Assembly (NCBI RefSeq): GCF_000143415.4
Contig: NW_003314270.1
Location: forward strand, 2,163,048-2,227,047
Length of the DNA: 64,000 nt
Reading direction: 5' to 3'
From: Selaginella moellendorffii
Lineage: Eukaryota > Plantae > Lycopodiophyta
The notes under the pieces are model-generated. The model saw only the letters and a program-made list of their open reading frames with translations, did no database searches and was not told the origin of the DNA. The position numbers and the translations under genes are program-made. Shown here one piece after another: positions 24,300 to 37,856 of this stretch; positions within the stretch are counted from its first letter, which is position 1; each line of letters opens with the position of its first letter.

Positions 24300-25983
24300 G
24301 TATTAAAATTTCACTACTCTAATATTAGTATATAACATTATAACCATACATTTAGACTTTATATCATCCCCTCCTTTTAAAAGGATGGAAGGTAGCCAAA
24401 ATTTTATAATTAATGGGCTGAGATTTAAAGGAATATTAAGAAGAGGCACTAGTGAATTTACAAGTGTTTGTTGTTTTTGATCCCTTCATACAAAGTATTT
24501 CAATTGTTTATATACATAAAGTCTAAATGATTTTCATGTTGAATGTTATACTGAACCTCATAAACTTATAGTCTAACTTGCCACAACACTTAACACAGTC
24601 CTTTCCATTGAGTAGAGAGCCCTTTAGACAAACCATATACCATAAAATTGGGAAAACATACAACACTAAATCATCTATTTTGTATTTTATAGGTGAATGA
24701 TAATGGGAATTGTAGCATTATTGTTGTCCCATTTGTATATGGCTTAAGTGTTTAATAGGCTCTGCTCAGACAAGTGGACGAACATTTGTTAAATATTAAC
24801 CTAAAGACATAACATTGGCAACTTATGATAATTGTGAAGGTAAACTCAACTCTGTTGGTAGTATTAGATCATGATTATATAAAAGTTTATATGATGGAGC
24901 ATTAATGAAACTCTACACCTCTGTCATATATGCATACTAAAGAGATGGAAAATAACCATCTTAATCTAAATACTAAAAGTTCACATACTTCGTGATTATT
25001 CTTTTGAAGTTCAAATAAGCTGTTCCACTAAACTATCTATCTATGGATAATAAGCACTTGTGAAATTGTGGCATATCTTCAATCGAGATATTAAAATATG
25101 AAATACCTTAGGCATAAATATAGGACCATTATCTGAGAGAATCTATTCTAGATAGGAATGTTGGAACACCACACAATTGAGGAGAAAGTATCTAATAACA
25201 ATTGCTGACACACTAGTAAGAGCATTAACTTCCACCTAGTGAGTCAAATAGTTAGAGGTAATAATAATGCATTCATTGTTTGTAATTGATTGTGTAAAAG
25301 ACCACCTTATCAAATCAAACACCATTAACTTAAATAAATAGGAAATTGTAATTAACTCCACTCGTCCCTCCATAACACGAAGGGGAATATTATAAGCTTG
25401 ACACCAAACACAATTTTACATATATTGAATAATATCATATTACATCTTTGGTCAGTAGAATAACTTCTCAATCATACACTAATGTCCTATAGGCCTATAT
25501 AGAATAGGTGAGTTATAATAAGTATGGAGAAAACATGGGAAAAATATTGAAGCCACCACTAACTATGAATCATCATTAGGATCAATCCCAAAAAAATAAA
25601 GAATGTCATCCTTAAGACGATATTGAAAATGTAAATGCCAAAACATTAAGTGATCAATAAGTAATATTTCTTAAACCCCTCACAAAACCTTTAAATCTAT
25701 GACTCAACTTTTTGAACCTTATAAACTTTATCAATAGAAGGTAAATTTCGCTCTGCACCTTGTGGATACTAAACATTATATATAACAACCACCAACCACA
25801 TAAAATCCTCATTCAGAAAATCCATTAATGTTGAAATAATAGATTTATCAAGAATATAAAAAGAGAGTGAAGAAGGAAAATGAGTTCTAGAAAGGGCATT
25901 AGTATCAGCCATAAAACTCCTCGGGTAATAAATAACCTTAAAATTATATATCTAAAGCTTTAGGGCCTTGTGAACAATATAAT
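24300..25983 (-). mobile_element. highly decayed LINE (L1-like) ORF2 remnant; continues at about 33258-33748 beyond the LTR insertion
   Basis: AT-rich sequence with decayed endonuclease/RT motifs in the expected order on the minus strand: WLVVVIY, IVSGGFNI (GDFN-like, ~25545-25570), SDNGPI (SDHxP-like, ~25120-25136) and YKILA (~24393-24407). Boundaries approximate. Confidence 0.5.
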
Positions 25984-28900
25984 TGTAGCGCACGTGGTTT
26001 TGACCCTTTATCCTATGGTGATTTACCATAGGATAACACCACGAAGCGGAACCTAAACCCTCTTTGTGCCACGTGACAGATGCCACGTGTCACATGCCAC
26101 GTGTCCATGCCACGTGTCCATAAGAATCCGAGGTTCAGGGCCTTGGGCCACTGAACGAATGAACGGTGCCAAACTCCCAAGCATGGAGCCAAGGAGTGAT
26201 GGAACCGAACCACGGAGCAACTCCCAAGCATACAGCCCAAGGAGCGAAGGGACAGGGGCCCGGAGCAACTTGGAACAGTCCTAGAGCAACCAGCATCCCA
26301 ATGCCAGGACCAGCACGCAAAACGGAGCCAAACGGAGTCTGGCGCTATTTCGGCATACCGGTGGCCTAACGCGAGGATATGGGTACTCCACCAACTAGCA
26401 TGGAATGGAACTTGGGCTTAGACCCAAGCCGGATGCAGAACAAGGACAGGCACGCAAGCGGGAGCTAGACTATGCCTCAGGTTGGTCGGCCATGCCCGAC
26501 CTACCCACTATCCCTACTATACATTTGGAACCCCCCATAGCCCCCCCCCCCTTGAGGAACACACGCTTTGGGCTTTCACCCCAAGCCTCCCTTAGTATCA
26601 GGAGTTAGTCTCTGGGACAAGCTCGAAACTTACTAAATATGGAATGTCCCTAGATTGCGAATTTGGACACGGGACGAACACCATTGTGTTCAGGCCGATC
26701 TCTACATTCCGTAGATATGCCAAATGAGCAAACCTGGACACTTTCCATAAATAGTATTTGGGACCGAAATGAGACTAACACAAAGGGCATGATAGCAAGG
26801 GTGTTTGGCAGACACGGTAAGCTATCATGTAGCGATATTGAGGGACTAATCTCAATACGCGAGGGTTCTTGTCACTAGCCAGTGCAAGACATAACGAGAC
26901 GGGAACTCCTTACCGGGCTAAGTATGCTTAGCTAATAACACGTAGGAATTCCGTCCTTATGCTCGTCCGGTCTAAGTACACTCGAAATGCCCAGTTAACT
27001 CCACTAGCACAAGAGGGACTGATAAAGGGTCCAGCAATACCGACCTCCTGCCGTCGTGGCAGTAAGGTAAGAGTGTCCGTAAGGACTAGTCGACAGGTAA
27101 CTTTCGATACCCGAAGTCACATGCGCGACACTCTCCCCCCCTAGGGAAGATCGACGTCCTCGTCGATGCATACTCGAGTCTAGAATACCGCCAAGGAAAC
27201 AACTCTCGAAAAAGTTCACGGTACTCACACTATGTGAGAAATGCACCAACTTAAATGAGTTAGGGGGCAACCTCTTTGTCTAACGCGGATGCGCTACCAG
27301 CTCAGACACCTTCCGGCCGTCGCCGACAAGGAAATGACCAACGGAGTCAGCCACCCCTGCTGCTCTGGGAGTCACCCAGCTTACAAAAGTGTGATATGCC
27401 CTGCCCGCAGGAACATAGAGAGAGAAGCCAGAGGCCCCAACCCTCCTGAGCAAAGAAACCAAACCCGTCGGTAAGGTTTAGATAGACTACTGTCAACAGG
27501 CAGTTAGAGTTGTTTACACGGTCACGCCCTTTCAACGTAACAAGGAACATCGACAGAGAGGCGGGTTATGTGACCAGTCGACAGGAGCTACCCCATGACT
27601 AGAGATTTCACCATGCACACGAAGTGCCGAAGCCAGTCTGCCTATACTGGCCCAAACTCAAAGATCAATAGATGGACAATATCAAAGTCAGAGACAATGA
27701 TATCTGAGAAGCTTAATTACTAGTGATTATATCTTAGAGTAGAACACAAAAGTATTCTAAACAAGTTATCATCCGATAAACTAGTATTACAGTATAGGAA
27801 CCAACAAGATCATTATAATTGGTAAACATAGGAATCACCAGCCAACAAAATTCAATAGCTAATATATCATCAAGGAAACTCAATGATGAAACTTAACTAC
27901 CGAAGATAGTAGACAGTAAGCCAACAACTTACTAGAGAGAACTCAAAGAACACAAAGTATCATTGACTAACAAGCACAATGCTCGCGAATGTATCACCCA
28001 AAGGAAATAACATCCAAATCTATCAAAACTAACTCGAGCAACAATCAACAGAAGAGAATGAATGTGGTAAGACCAACAAACACTCATGCCTGCCAACTAT
28101 CACAAAAGCCAATCTGAATAGATCCCAGCCAACAATACCAAGGAACTCAAGTTGCCTAAGCAAGTGTCAGCAACATCTTACTGACGTCTCAAACCCAAGA
28201 GACCAATCCAGAGCAAACCACAAAGAACATGTGGTATTGCGAAAAGCCAAAAGCCATCAAAGAGAACAACTAACTATCATGAAAGATCGTCAATCAGCCC
28301 ATCAATGTAGTGATGTATAATCATCGTTGAAGAAAGAATCTACCATCCCGAAGAATAGCAAATAATTCCAAACCAACAATAATCAAGCAAAACTTGTGAT
28401 AAGGATAATCAACTACCCTAGATGATAGTCAATCATCACCAATGATTGCCAGATGCAAAAACCAACTTCAACATTGAAGCTAATGAGCCAAAATGCCTTC
28501 CCCAACAACTTCTAACAAATGGAACAATGAGCACAAAACTCAAGAACCAAAAGCTCGAAGAAGCCTATAACTAAGTCTTGCCTAATAATGATCACGAGTC
28601 TCATAGAAGCTAACTTCAATGCTAAAGAAGAAATCATGGTGCAACCCACAATATCTTCCTCAACACATCCATAAGCCAAACTTCATAATGCCAAAGCTAA
28701 TGAAGAGCATTTCTGCATCAATCCAAAAGCTAAGCATAACGAAGCTATGCTTAACAAGTGATCATCAAACGATCCTCCATGAATCCATCTATAGCAAGAC
28801 GTAACTCCATAACAAGCTCAAAAAGAATCATTAATGATTGCTATATTCCGAACTCAAATCCAGCAAGGACTCAACATTCTAATATCGATCACTAACTCTT

Positions 28901-31900
28901 CTTCTTGTAGAGTTAGCATAGTCCACGACTAAATCACTTTTCAAGGAAAAGCTAAAGCTTAACCCTCTACTAAATAATCTCGTCTAGAACACAACTAACT
29001 CAACTTGCCACTCAGTTCGTTTGAACGTCAACACAGTTGCTAACTAGCAAATGCACGAATGCCAATAACACAAAGCTATAGCCAAATCATCAACACTATA
29101 TTCATCAAGACTAATGAAACTCAATATCAATCCTTGGAAGGATATCTCATTTCACTCAGATCTCAATATCAACAATATCAATGACAAGGCATCACTTCAA
29201 TGCCATCAACATCAGGACAAAGCTAGAAGAAAGCAAGAGTGAATCACCACTCGGAGCTTTCCAGCAACCAAGCTAACCAAAGTCGAAGATACTATACTTA
29301 GTATCCAAGACCAACCCTTCAGCAATACTCAGTTTCAGATACACATCATCAAGGAGTGATTCACCACGTCCAAGACTCAATGAAATCCAACACTACGGAC
29401 TAAATGTAACCAAATGATATCAACAGAGGTAAAGTCGACATGCCAATATGGAAAACCATGCAAGTCCAACAACATGATCCTCCGCAACACCATCCGGTCA
29501 AGCAAGCCCACCACTGCTAAATCATCATCGAGCAAAGCAAGTGTCAACGGTCTTTTTGACAAAGTCTACAAGTAACCACTAGTCGCAAATCAACTAACAA
29601 TTGCCCTTCAACTTGCCTTCACAAGACCCGAACACCAACTCTTTGTCATCAAGTTATATACTTGTCCAACATGAACATAATACCCCAGGTACGAGATAAA
29701 AGTTCATAGACAAGCACAAACTAAATGACCACTCGAATCCAACTCAACCGCAATAAGCCCACTAATGCATTTAGTCAATAGCTCTGAGCATGCCTCGAAG
29801 AGGCTAGCTATGTGATCAACACTCAGTCGAAACTAAAGTGAAGACCATGAGATGGACTCATATCGGTACACAACCTCCTCATAGACAAAGCTATAATACG
29901 GGTACCAACATCGCAAACTCAAACAACTAAATTGGACATCACCATCCTCAGCCAAGGCGCAGGGCCACCAAGACCAAGTCAAGATCAGTGAGAGCTCACT
30001 ACTCTCATAGAGTCTAACGTAATGCAAGGTGCAAATTGCCACCAAGCACAACGCTACAAAAGAAAGACACAAGGGTCACCTTTCTTAGAAAAGCGCAACA
30101 GCCACTTTTCTACACCAACTCTAGACTCTATCCAACTCAATTGCCTTAGCCCCAAAAGTCAGCATCCCTTTCGGGCCGCATCATACAAACTACCTACCAA
30201 GGTCTAAGCTAACCGAAGTCAACTCCAACCCCTTCTCTAGTTTGTACTGGCCTTCGAAAACGGAATGGTTTTCGGACAAAATGATCAATAGATCAGCCAT
30301 TGGAAAAGTCTAAGAAAATTTGTGGAAAATTTCCCATCCTAGAGAAAGAATGACTCTCAGTCCAGGATTGCAAACTTTCAAGACTCAACCAACTTCCTCC
30401 TACCAACAACTTCACATAGGCTCACCTCAACACAAATTCTCATGATCGAACAACATGCTTAAGCATCGAACATCTTTGCCCATATAACCGACATCCAACA
30501 CTGACATCCGCAAAGTGCAAAATGAACATCCAAGGCTTGATCACGAAGACCACATCTTCGGATATCCATATTGCACTAACACTCTTCTTCAATCACATTC
30601 AAGATCCAATGTGAAGCCAAAACACTAACAAGAAAAATGACATGGAAAATCAAGCTCTAAGGAAAATTCCTCATCACTCGAATCAACAATGCCACTTCCA
30701 CTAACACAAGTGCTAGTGATGTCAATGCCCCAACTACACATCTTCTCCATCCAACAATCTACTCCAAGTGCTAACGGATCAACCGACAAGCTATAGCAAA
30801 TGAATGCTACAACCCATTCCCAACACCTAATGGGCAAACTCAAGGAAACAAGGTACCAACATAAGCTTAGCATAATGGACCATCATTGAGAATCCAGTCA
30901 AGGCTACTACAATGCTACTTCGTGCAAGTAGACTAGCTTCTCCATCAACCACTTTGGGGTTGATCATCATTTACCCAAGCAACTTCGTAAACACATTGCT
31001 CATTATCACATGGATATGATATAAATCACAATGACTTGATCATCAATTGAGTAACGCAATGAGCAAGGCTTATGTCATTACTTCAAACGTTCATGTGAAT
31101 ATCAAATGCCAACTCGATTCGACAAAATGCAACATAAATGCCACACTCCACCAATAGAGGTTTACGACACCCAACACCACTAACTTTTGTTCACAACACG
31201 GACAAGCTCATGCCACTCTCTTTCCGACCAAACTCAACACTAATCCAACACCAAGCTACTCCAAGGAGCAATAGCAAGGTTCCCCGGAAAAGAATTGAGC
31301 ATTGCAACCCAAGTCTTCCAATAGTGAGTCTAGACAAAAATGGTTTAGTGTTTCACCACTATCCATCCCACAACTCACCATTTGTAAGACTATCATTTCC
31401 AACATGCATCAAGGTAGGGATTCTTGATTGCATGATGTGAACACAAGCAATGAGTTAACACCTCGTTGCAAATCATCTCTCCAAGAAGAGAAGATGATTT
31501 ATGTATTTGATCCTCCGTCCTCGATGACTCTCTTTTCGGTCTCATCTTTGACCAAACCTCAAGCTTGCTTTCGCACTGCCTTCAGTTCAATCGAAGAAAA
31601 GTTTATGAGAGAGCACGGCAATGATTACTTGAACCAATAGACTATTCCCTACAGTCTTGATTGATCCACTTATAATCATGCCTAGGAAGGATCCACTAGT
31701 GCCATGCTAAACAGCTACGGACCAGCCTATTTGCCACTCATAGCAAACCCAGGTAGGTTTGCTTTCACCCATGGTACAAGGAACAACTCATGGAACCACT
31801 GATAGGCTAACATTAATCCTGCCAACTCAAAGTGTAACCTCGAGTTGCTAATGCGCCTCACTCACGAGCCCAAGCTCAAACTCGTGCAAATGGAACATCT

Positions 31901-33252
31901 CCAAACCATCCTATGAGCCCAAGCGCAAGCTCACATCATAAGGTACAATAAGGTAACCGAATCCATACCCAAGGAACGATTGCGAAGTCTTTGCACCAAA
32001 ACGTGTACCCACTCGGATCATCGTTTTCATCTCTGCGTATGCAACGAGACTAGTTGCCCAATCTCATTGGATAGTACTCGCCGAGACTCATCCTCTGATA
32101 CCAAATGTAGCGCACGTGGTTTTGACCCTTTATCCTATGGTGATTTACCATAGGATAACACCACGAAGCGGAACCTAAACCCTCTTTGTGCCACGTGACA
32201 GATGCCACGTGTCACATGCCACGTGTCCATGCCACGTGTCCATAGGAATCCGAGGTTCAGGGCCTTGGGCCACTGAACGAATGAACGGTGCCAAACTCCC
32301 AAGCATGGAGCCAAGGAGTGATGGAACCGAACCACGGAGCAACTCCCAAGCATACAGCCCAAGGAGCGAAGGGACAGGGGCCCGGAGCGACTTGGAACAG
32401 TCCTAGAGCAACCAGCATCCCAATGCCAGGACCAGCACGCAAAACGGAGCCAAACGGAGTCTGGCGCTATTTCGGCATACCGGTGGCCTAACGCGAGGAT
32501 ATGGGTACTCCACCAACTAGCATGGAATGGAACTTGGGCTTAGACCCAAGCCGGATGCAGAACAAGGACAGGCACGCAAGCGGGAGCTAGACTATGCCTC
32601 AGGTTGGTCGGCCATGCCCGACCTACCCACTATCCCTACTATACATTTGGAACCCCCCATAGCCCCCCCCCCCTTGAGGAACACACGCTTTGGGCTTTCA
32701 CCCCAAGCCTCCCTTAGTATCAGGAGTTAGTCTCTGGGACAAGCTCGAAACTTACTAAATATGGAATGTCCCTAGATTGCGAATTTGGACACGGGACGAA
32801 CACCATTGTGTTCAGGCCGATCTCTACATTCCGTAGATATGCCAAATGAGCAAACCTGGACACTTTCCATAAATAGTATTTGGGACCGAAATGAGACTAA
32901 CACAAAGGGCATGATAGCGAGGGTGTTTGGCAGACACGGTAAGCTATCATGTAGCGATATTGAGGGACTAATCTCAATACGCGAGGGTTCTTGTCACTAG
33001 CCAGTGCAAGACATAACGAGACGGGAACTCCTTACCGGGCTAAGTATGCTTAGCTAATAACACGTAGGAATTCCGTCCTTATGCTCGTCCGGTCTAAGTA
33101 CACTCGAAATGCCCAGTTAACTCCACTAGCACAAGAGGGACTGATAAAGGGTCCAGCAATACCGACCTCCTGCCGTCGTGGCAGTAAGGTAAGAGTGTCC
33201 GTAAGGACTAGTCGACAGGTAACTTTCGATACCCGAAGTCACATGCGCGACA
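25984..33252 (-). mobile_element. young non-autonomous (LARD-like) gypsy-derived LTR element, family A; LTRs 25984-27130 and 32106-33252
   Basis: 1147-bp TG..CA LTRs with only about 3 substitutions seen; TSD ATAAT (25979-25983 / 33253-33257); iMet PBS TGGTATCAGAG (~32093-32103, minus); PPT at 27131-27143; 5-kb interior without long ORFs. Confidence 0.95.
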
Positions 33253-35209
33253 ATAATTAACCAAATTTTTTTGCTTTAATAATGAGGTAATTGCAACATA
33301 ATCACCTTTTAGTAATGTTTGAAAACCATACAAATATGTATGAAGCTTTTCAAAACCCTAAATTGTTACTAAAAACTCCTTCTATATTGTGGAGTAGTTC
33401 ATGTTTGTTAATTGTTATGTACAATTAATTTGGAAGAATTGCAGAGGAACCTTAATTAGACGAGTATCTTTAGTTGAAATAGGATGATATATTGCAATCT
33501 TAGCCCTAAATGATAGGTCAAAGTTGAAGATATCAATATACTCCTTCTTGAATCAGTCCACAGGGAAAAAAATAACAAAATGGAAACACAATAGGAAGTA
33601 ATGGGGAGACAAAGTGATCAAAGTAAAGAGGGATGAAAAGTAATAGAAATGAGAAGAATTGAAGAAATATAAAGTATGAGATAAAAGGGAAAAGTCTCAA
33701 AGTCATATTTGACATGATTGCGTTGTAATGAATTCGTACCAAAGATGATGTAAGCCATAAATTTTTCCTTTCCAATTTGCTAGCTTACCTCGTCTATTCG
33801 ACCAACACTGCTTTGGCCTTTGTTAAGTTCCCTCTCCAAGGTCCCCACCTATTGTACCAACTCCTACTTGATTCTACTTGGTTTCAACTACTCACTACAT
33901 GAGCAATAGAGCATTAGCCATCCATCTACGAATTCCCAAATCTCTCTTAATCCCCCTCCCTGGGTTATACTGGACTTAAGGTTCGGCTACACTCCCCACA
34001 TGCACAAGCAGCCAAGCATACCAAGCCCCTAGGTTCCTAACATCCCTTGGTACAACAAGGCTTGATCATGGGACCCTCTAAATTCTAAACTTTGGGTGTA
34101 ACACTTGCTTTAGGACACTAGGGGGAAACACCGTGGCCTAACGGCCCGATATGGGTATTTTTACCCCCCCACTTCCATCCCAAAGGGAAGGCCCAAGCCT
34201 TTAGGAAGGGTGAGGACTAATAAGCCGCAAGGTACTTAAGTGGGGCACCACTCTATATGAGCCAGGAGCCCTGTAGTCGGTTTCCCTTCCAAGAGTGGGA
34301 GCTGCTTTTAAGCACTTCCTTGGGTGGCCCCTCCGGCACCACCCGAGTCCATACTCACTCCCACCCAATGCCCCTCAGCCCCAATGTCAACCTCAAGTCA
34401 ATTTGGAAGCACCACTAAAGAGTTCTTTCAAGATTGATTCCTGGACCCCTCTATCCCTACTATACTTTTGGAACCCCCTGCAAGGGGGGGGGGACACACG
34501 CTTTGGGCTTTCACCCTTCGACTTGGACTCGGTCTCAGACTTGATCTCGGACTCGATCTTGAACCCGAGCTCAGACTCGGTCTTGGACTCGATCTCGGAC
34601 TTGACCTTGAACCCAATCTCAGACTTGACCTTGGACTTGGTCTTGGACCCAATCTTGGATCTCGGACTCGGTCTCAAACTCGGTCTCGAACTTGGCCTCG
34701 GACTTGATCCCGGACTTTATCTCGAACTCGGTCTTAGAGCCGGTCTTGGACTCAATCTTAGACTTAGTCCCATCTGATGAACTCTTTATCATTTCGGTCG
34801 TGCTTTCGGGGATCCTTTTAGCCTATGACACCTCGGGGAGGTGGTTCCTTATAACTCCACCACCCATAGAAGAAGAAGTTTGATGCCCACACTGAACGTC
34901 TCTTTTTAATCCTACGATTTGTTAACCATATTTACAAGGGCATCCCCCCATTTAGCAGTATGCCTAAGTTAGCCTCCTCGGCCAAGAGCCCATGACAACA
35001 GAATATAGGTGTCCCTATACCCCTCACCTCACCATGCCCTAGTATGGGGTTGGGACTTGAACCCAACCTTGCTTTACTAGGGGGTTGGGACTCGAACCCA
35101 ACCTCCGTAGAATACATCTACAGATTTGACATCCCCACAGGGAGTCGGGTGTAGTTCCCTACACCTAGTCGACCTAGCTAACCCATGCTAATTAGCTTAC
35201 TTTCGGCGC

Positions 35210-36301
35210 TGTAAGCCACAAATTTTTCCTTTCCAATTTGCCAGCTTACCTCGTCTATCCAACCAACTCTGCCTTGGCTTGTGCTAAGTTCCCTTGCCAA
35301 GGTTCTCGCCTATGGTACCAACTCCTACTTGGTCCTACTTGGTTTCAGCTACTCACTGCACAAGCAACAGAGTGTTAGCTATCCATCTACGGATTCCCAA
35401 ATCTCTCCCAATCCCCCTCCCCGGGTTAGACTGGACTTAAGGTTCGGCTACACTCCCCGCAGGCACAAGCAGCCAAGCACACCAAGCCTCCAGGTTCCTA
35501 ACACCCCTTGGTACCACAAGACTTGATCATGGGACCCTCTAAATCCCAAGTCTTGGGTGCAGCACTTGCTTCAGGACGTCAGGGCGAAACACCGTGGCCT
35601 AACGGCCCGGTATGGGTACCTCTACCCCCCCACTTCCATCCCGAAGGGAAGGCACAAGCCCCTAGGAAGGGCGAGGACCAATGAGCCACAAGGTACTCAA
35701 GTGGGGCACCACTCCACCTGAGCCAGGAGCACTGCAGTCGGTTTCCCTTTCGGGAGTGGGAGTTGCTCTTGAGCACTTCCCTGGGTGGCCCCTTCGGCAC
35801 CACTCAAGCCCATGCTCACTCCCACCCAAGGCCCCTCGGCTCCAGTCTCAACCTCAAGTCAGTTTGGAAGCACCACTGGAGAGTTCCTTCAAGACTGGTT
35901 CCTGGACCTCACTATCCCTACTATACTTTTGGAACCCCCTGCAACCCCCCCCCCCCCCCCCCCCCCCTGGGAGACGCACGCTTTGGGCTTTCACCCCTTG
36001 ACCCGTATTAGTATTTGGACTTAGTCTCTGGCTCGATCTCGGACCCGATTTCGGATCCGACTTTGGATTCGATCTCAGACTGGATCTCGGACTCGACCTC
36101 GGACCCGATCTCGGACCCGACCTCGGACTCGACCTCGGACTCGGTCTCGGACTCGATTCCGGACTCTATCTCGAACTCGGTCCTAGAGTCGGTCTTGGAC
36201 TCGATCTTCGACTTGGTCTCATCCGATAAACTCTTTGTCATTTTGGTCATGCTTTTGGGGATCTTTTAGCCTATGACATCTCGGGGAGTCGGTTCCTTAC
36301 A
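35210..36301 (-). mobile_element. solo LTR of family B
   Basis: TGTAAG..CTTACA, homologous to 51609-52766; flanked by GGCGC/AGCGC TSD (one mismatch); removing it restores the host 3' UTR. Confidence 0.9.
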
Positions 36302-37132
36302 AGCGCACCTTCAGGTCCCAACATACGCTATTGCTCAACTTCACCAATTGATACTTTTAATTGAACTTTGCATAAGTACATAGAGTTCTGTCTTGCAAAA
36401 ATTCCTCCACTAGATCTTGCGTGTTCGCTAGGTTCTCCTTTGGTTCCCATGTTACTTCGTAGTGTAGAAATCCTTTCCATTTCACATGGAACTCTCTTAT
36501 CTCGTGTCCTTGCTGCTTGCTCTTGCGGGCATTGAGGATGGCCTCAACTTCGTATTCCTCTTCCCCTTGGATAACTTTAGGTAGAGGTCTCACTTGGTCC
36601 TTGTGAAGTGGATCCTCAAAGTACGGCTTGAGCAAGTTCACATGGAACATTGGGTGCATCTTTCCCATCTCTCAAGGAAGTCAGAGGCGGTAAGCCACTT
36701 TACCGATTCGTGCCTCAATCTCGTAAAGCCTTGCGAACCTGCTTAAAGAACTCAAGATCAGTGCATTTCTAGAAATGCATTTTTACCTTTGGGTCAATTT
36801 TCGGCTGATCCCACTTGGTAGCCTCAGCTTCTTGGTGTTCAGCCACACCTTTTCCTTAGGTTGGAACTCTACGTCCCGGGTGCTTTTGGTTCGCATACTT
36901 TTTTTGCCTTTATTGAGCTCATTCCAAGGAATCCCTCACTAGATTCTAAATGTTAAGTCTTTCCGTCATGAATGCCTCCACTATAGGTAACTCTCCATGA
37001 TACTCGGCCACGCTGAGTTCCACAGGACCTTCAATAGCTCGCCCATTGATGATTTCCCATGGACTCACCCTGATACTTGAGTGCGGTGAATTGTTATAGC
37101 ACATTTTCGCAAGTCCCAAATGATCAGTTTGG

Positions 37133-37734
37133 TGTAAAGCTCCTGAGTTTGGACTTCCCGGGAGGTCACCCAGCCCAGTACTATTCTAACCCAAGGACGC
37201 TTAACCCCAAATATCCCAAGACCTTTAACCAATTGGAAAAGGGGGTGCACTCTTGTTCATGGGCCCTTTCCCTCTATATTTGAACCCCATGGACCGTCTC
37301 TCAAGTCGTTCTCTTTGGTTGCTTACAATCCACCAGGCTTCCCTGCAAGTTCACGCCCTCGTGAACGGAAGCTGAGAGCCGCAGCTCTCCCGAGAGCCCC
37401 GCTCTCTTGACACCCTACCCCTCGGGTCGAGCCCAGCGGGAGCAAACTGGACCAGCCAGATGTCAATCAACATGTGGTGTGATTCCCTTAGCCAACCAAC
37501 AGAGTCAGACCCGAGACCCCCTCTGATACCAAATGTAAACTCTTGAGTTTGGACTTCCCGGGAGATCACCCAACCCAGTACTATTCAAACCCAAGGACGC
37601 TTAACCTAAATATCCCAAGACCCTTAACCGATTGGAAAAGGGGGTGCACTCTTGTTCATGGGCCCTTTCCCTCTATATTTGAACCCCATGGATCGTCTCT
37701 CAAGTCGTTCCCTTTGGTTGCTTACAATTCACCA
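37133..37734 (-). mobile_element. Cassandra-type TRIM with 5S rRNA-derived LTR segments; LTRs 37133-37327 and 37534-37726
   Basis: ~195-bp LTRs containing GTTAAGCGTCCTTGGGTTAGAATAGTACTGGGCTGGGTGACCTCCCGGGAAGTCC (5S A box / IE / C box region); iMet PBS at ~37521-37531; 206-bp non-coding interior. Confidence 0.92.
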
Positions 37735-37769
37735 CCTAAACCCTAAACCCTAAACCCTAAACCCTAAAC
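37735..37769. repeat. interstitial plant telomere repeat CCTAAA(CCCTAAA)4C
   Basis: Read directly; lies between the Cassandra and the family B 5' LTR. Confidence 0.95.
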
Positions 37770-37856
37770 TGGTGTAAGGAACCGACTCCCCGAGATGTTG
37801 TAGGCTAAAGGATCCCCAAAAGCTTGACCGAAATGACAAAGAGTTCATCAGATGGG

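Noticed and set aside
34768-34815. CTGATGA in the family B LTR as a possible hammerhead ribozyme (retrozyme)
   Set aside because: No stem II followed by GAAA and no NUH cleavage geometry; the motif is mutated in other copies.
34970-35000. GCCTCCTCGGC resembling an HDV-like ribozyme L3; GGTGAAAGCCC in the LTRs resembling twister or group II intron motifs
   Set aside because: The required P1/P1.1/P2 or pseudoknot pairings could not be built.
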